A stretch of 32,000 nucleotides of DNA from Candidatus Nitrosopumilus koreensis AR1. Lineage in GTDB: Archaea; Thermoproteota; Nitrososphaeria; Nitrososphaerales; Nitrosopumilaceae. The notes beneath the pieces were generated by a model. The model was not told where the DNA came from and made no database searches. It saw nothing but the letters and a program-made list of their open reading frames with translations. Every line of letters begins with the position of its first letter. Position 1 is the stretch's first letter. The translations under genes and the position numbers were made by a program. Shown in pieces: positions 29,647-32,000 of this stretch. The DNA is taken from positions 1,110,001 through 1,142,000 of the forward strand of contig NC_018655.1 of the NCBI RefSeq assembly GCF_000299365.1. Direction: 5' to 3'.

Positions 29647-30841
29647 TCAAAAACCTGCCAAGATAGGATCAGAGGGTTTCATTATCTCCCTCAACAAAAT
29701 TGTTGCAAAAGATCCCCTTGACAACGTAAATTCTACTGAATTATCATGAGACGAATAGTTAGTACAGTGTATTGCAGCTTGTCTAAAGCCACCCTCATTG
29801 CTTACTTCTTGCATCTCTTTGATGAAAAAATCTTTAGGAGATATCTCTTCTTGTTTTAGAACTTCAGATATTTGGTAGCCAAATCTAGTTTTTTTATAAT
29901 AAGAATAACCAACAAAAGGCAATGCCAATTTTTGATCCAGTCCCTTGACAAATTTTCCAATAACACCTTTAAAATCAAAACATACATCACCTGATTCTGC
30001 CTCAAACAGATTTTCACCATCGCTAAAAGCCGCACTCAGAGACTGGTTGAAGATAAATGACTGATATGCTTGGATGTAAAATCTTCTCAAAGATAATGGG
30101 ATTGAACGTATTGCATGAAAGGCATCATCATGCTCAATCATTTCTTTTATAACAATTCTTTCAATATCCATTTGACGTGGAATCTGATCAAAATATTGTT
30201 GGAAATTTTGTTTATCAGCAAGTTTTTGACGAATCTCACTGTTTTCTTTTGAATCATATGATGATGTAAAAGATAAAATCAATTCAATTGCTTTCTCAAA
30301 ATTTCTTTGAACAATCGCTTTTCCTATAAGATGTGTTACAGGTCTTTTAGAGCCAAATCGTTGATACCCATAAAAATTCAAGACTTTATCAAACTCTTCA
30401 AAAGAAGATAATCCATCAGAACACTCAGAAATTTTAATTCTAAAATGATTTCCAACCATGTCTTTTTTTGATAGAGGTTTTTTTACAAAACCTATTTTTT
30501 TCAGAGAATATTTTTCAGTTGAGAAATCTTCAATTGCTTTTCCCTTGTTTCCAGAACAGACAAATTGTTCAGTAACTGCAGATGCATCCTTTAATCCAAG
30601 AGATTTTAATCTGATTCCTTTTTTTCTAAAAACATCAGATAATACATGATTAGTGTCAATTTTTTCTTTTTAGTTTGTAAACTGCATATCCATCTTCCTG
30701 ATTAATTGTATGTTGTGTTTTCTCTGAAATTTTTTCAAACACTTCAAAATCTTCAGCAGTTGCACGAATTTTTCCACCAATGCCACCGAACTTTGTGCTA
30801 TAAACAGAAATCCCTATTTTATAATCTAAATCAGGAATCAC
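29647..30841 (-). pseudogene. truD: tRNA pseudouridine synthase TruD/Pus7-type, interrupted by a +1 frameshift in an A5GA6 tract (30660-30671)
   Basis: The N-terminal frame (30841..30656, GTG start) carries GIGGKIRATAEDFEVFE. The downstream frame is open from 30669 and encodes KEKIDTNHVLSDVFRKKGIRLKSLGLKDASAVTEQF (the catalytic-Asp GxKD motif) before the track's Met at 30459. It then carries GNHFRIKI, NFYGYQRFG, FNQ and GSFATILLREI. The total span of 1195 nt is not a multiple of 3. Removing one A from the A6 run restores ...YKLKRKIDTNHV.... Confidence 0.85.
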
Positions 30842-32000
30842 TCTATTGTCACTGTAACATATTTGCTAACTGCAATGTCTGATGATTGAGTTCCAATCAG
30901 AATTTTGTATTCTCCTGTAATTGCATCATCAGATGCTGAAATCATTGTATGAATTGTTTGAGCAGAACCAGTAACCAGTTGGAAAGATTCAGAGTCATTT
31001 TCTGCTAGTTCTACATTCAAAAAGTCACGTGTAGGAGACAAGATCAAAGTTCCTCCCAACACCTTATCGGATGATTTTGAAGATAAAATAAAACTGAATT
31101 CTTTAGAATCACCAGGACTAAGAGACATTGTTTCAGAGTCTAATTGAATTTCAAAAGGCAAAGGAACAGACGTGTCAACTACCCCAATATTGTTTTCCAC
31201 CCATTCAGTAAACCAAATTTTCTTCCCATCTACAGCAAAATCAAAGATTTGAGCAAGACCGCAATCAGATACCATCAGACCAGTTCCAGGATCACAATCA
31301 CCCCAGTAAGGATTCTTGGAAGGTATATGGTATTCTACAAGGGATTGAGATTTTGGATCAAATACAGATATGTTATTTGCATTTTGTTCATTGAAAATAA
31401 TTCTGCCTTGATCATCAGAGTCAATCCAATACGGTCTGGATATAGGGGTCTTGATAACACCCGTTTGGTTTCCATAAGTACTAAGCAACGGAGTGGCAGT
31501 TACATATTGAGTAAATTCTTCAGTTACTGGATTAAAACTAAAAAAAGATGATGACGTGGTGTCTGCTAACCAAATCATTCCATCATCAGACACAACGGCT
31601 CCATTTGGAGTTAGTAATTGTACGGGTAATTGATAGATTTCAATAAAGTCAAGTAAAGGTAAGAGTTGTTCATTTGAATTTGCTACAGAGTCAAAATATC
31701 CATTTTGGTTAAATTTTACCAAGACACCTCCCTGCTGGAACAACCAATTTGTAAACCAGACATTGTTTTCTGCATCTACTGTAAAATCAGCAGTAACAGA
31801 ATCATCAACAGGGGAAGGGATGCTAAGATAATTTACATCATCACTTGATTGGTTTGGATCCAAAAAGGTGAGTTTGTTCCCTGTAAAATCATTAATTATG
31901 ATTTTAGAGCCATCAACTTGTAACCTTTGAGGTAAAGAATCACCTTCAGAAGGATATCCAAGTCGATCATACCTTTCATCAATGGTTGAAAATTTCCATA
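30838..32000 (-). CDS. Beta-propeller repeat protein (Vgb/streptogramin-lyase-like or NHL-like repeats) with a C-terminal beta-sandwich domain; 5' end lies off the right edge
   Basis: The frame stays open to the window edge (WKFSTIDERYDRLGYPSEGDSLPQRLQVDGSKIIINDFTGNKLTFLDPNQ...). Repeats are VWFTNW...GGVLVKFN, IWLADT.SSSFFSFNP.TEEFTQY, YWIDSD.QGRIIFNE...NNISVFDP.SQSLVEYHIP and IWFTEWVENNIGVVD. The stop overlaps the truD GTG start (GTGA). Confidence 0.65.
   Translation of the reverse strand, partial: WKFSTIDERYDRLGYPSEGDSLPQRLQVDGSKIIINDFTGNKLTFLDPNQSSDDVNYLSIPSPVDDSVTADFTVDAENNVWFTNWLFQQGGVLVKFNQNGYFDSVANSNEQLLPLLDFIEIYQLPVQLLTPNGAVVSDDGMIWLADTTSSSFFSFNPVTEEFTQYVTATPLLSTYGNQTGVIKTPISRPYWIDSDDQGRIIFNEQNANNISVFDPKSQSLVEYHIPSKNPYWGDCDPGTGLMVSDCGLAQIFDFAVDGKKIWFTEWVENNIGVVDTSVPLPFEIQLDSETMSLSPGDSKEFSFILSSKSSDKVLGGTLILSPTRDFLNVELAENDSESFQLVTGSAQTIHTMISASDDAITGEYKILIGTQSSDIAVSKYVTVTIE

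Noticed and set aside
30458-30649. 63-aa plus-strand ORF between the two truD fragments.
   Set aside because: The minus strand here encodes the conserved TruD catalytic segment (SLGLKDASAVTEQF) in the frame of the downstream fragment, so the plus-strand ORF is a shadow.

Overview
This is an AT-rich (about one-third G+C by eye), densely coded archaeal chromosome segment. Archaeal markers are ribosomal protein L40e, pyruvoyl-dependent arginine decarboxylase PdaD, archaeal-type TruD, an intron-containing tRNA, and TATA-like boxes about 25-32 nt upstream of start codons. Cupredoxin, DsbA and DUF255 thiol-redox proteins, many tiny Cys-rich ORFs and a PEF-type C-terminal sorting signal suggest a marine ammonia-oxidising thaumarchaeon (Nitrosopumilus-like); that assignment is inference only. 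Housekeeping genes: an aminoacyl-tRNA synthetase 3' end (probably ileS), a Dps-like ferritin, sucCD, rpl40e, tRNA-Val(CAC), tRNA-Thr(UGU), ppa, an M3B oligoendopeptidase, pdaD, a DsbA-like oxidoreductase, a DEAD-box helicase, a DUF255 thioredoxin-domain protein and a Zn-alcohol dehydrogenase. Between them lie lineage-specific secreted, membrane and small proteins, including a 915-aa NHL/FN3 surface protein and a Vgb-like beta-propeller protein that runs off the right edge. I found no CRISPR array, integrase or transposase, rRNA, or recognisable defence or secondary-metabolite cluster, and no convincing multi-gene novel system. The items most worth a second look are: (1) truD split by a +1 frameshift in an A5GA6 tract; (2) tRNA-Val with a 20-nt intron at a non-canonical position; (3) two mutually exclusive hairpins in the DEAD-box helicase leader; (4) two paralogous stand-alone RAM-domain proteins, each just downstream of an RNA-enzyme gene; (5) a eukaryote-type C2H2 zinc-finger protein head-to-head with a cupredoxin; (6) several likely genes under 60 aa that the ORF track misses; and (7) GC-rich structured islands and a palindrome array in intergenic DNA.
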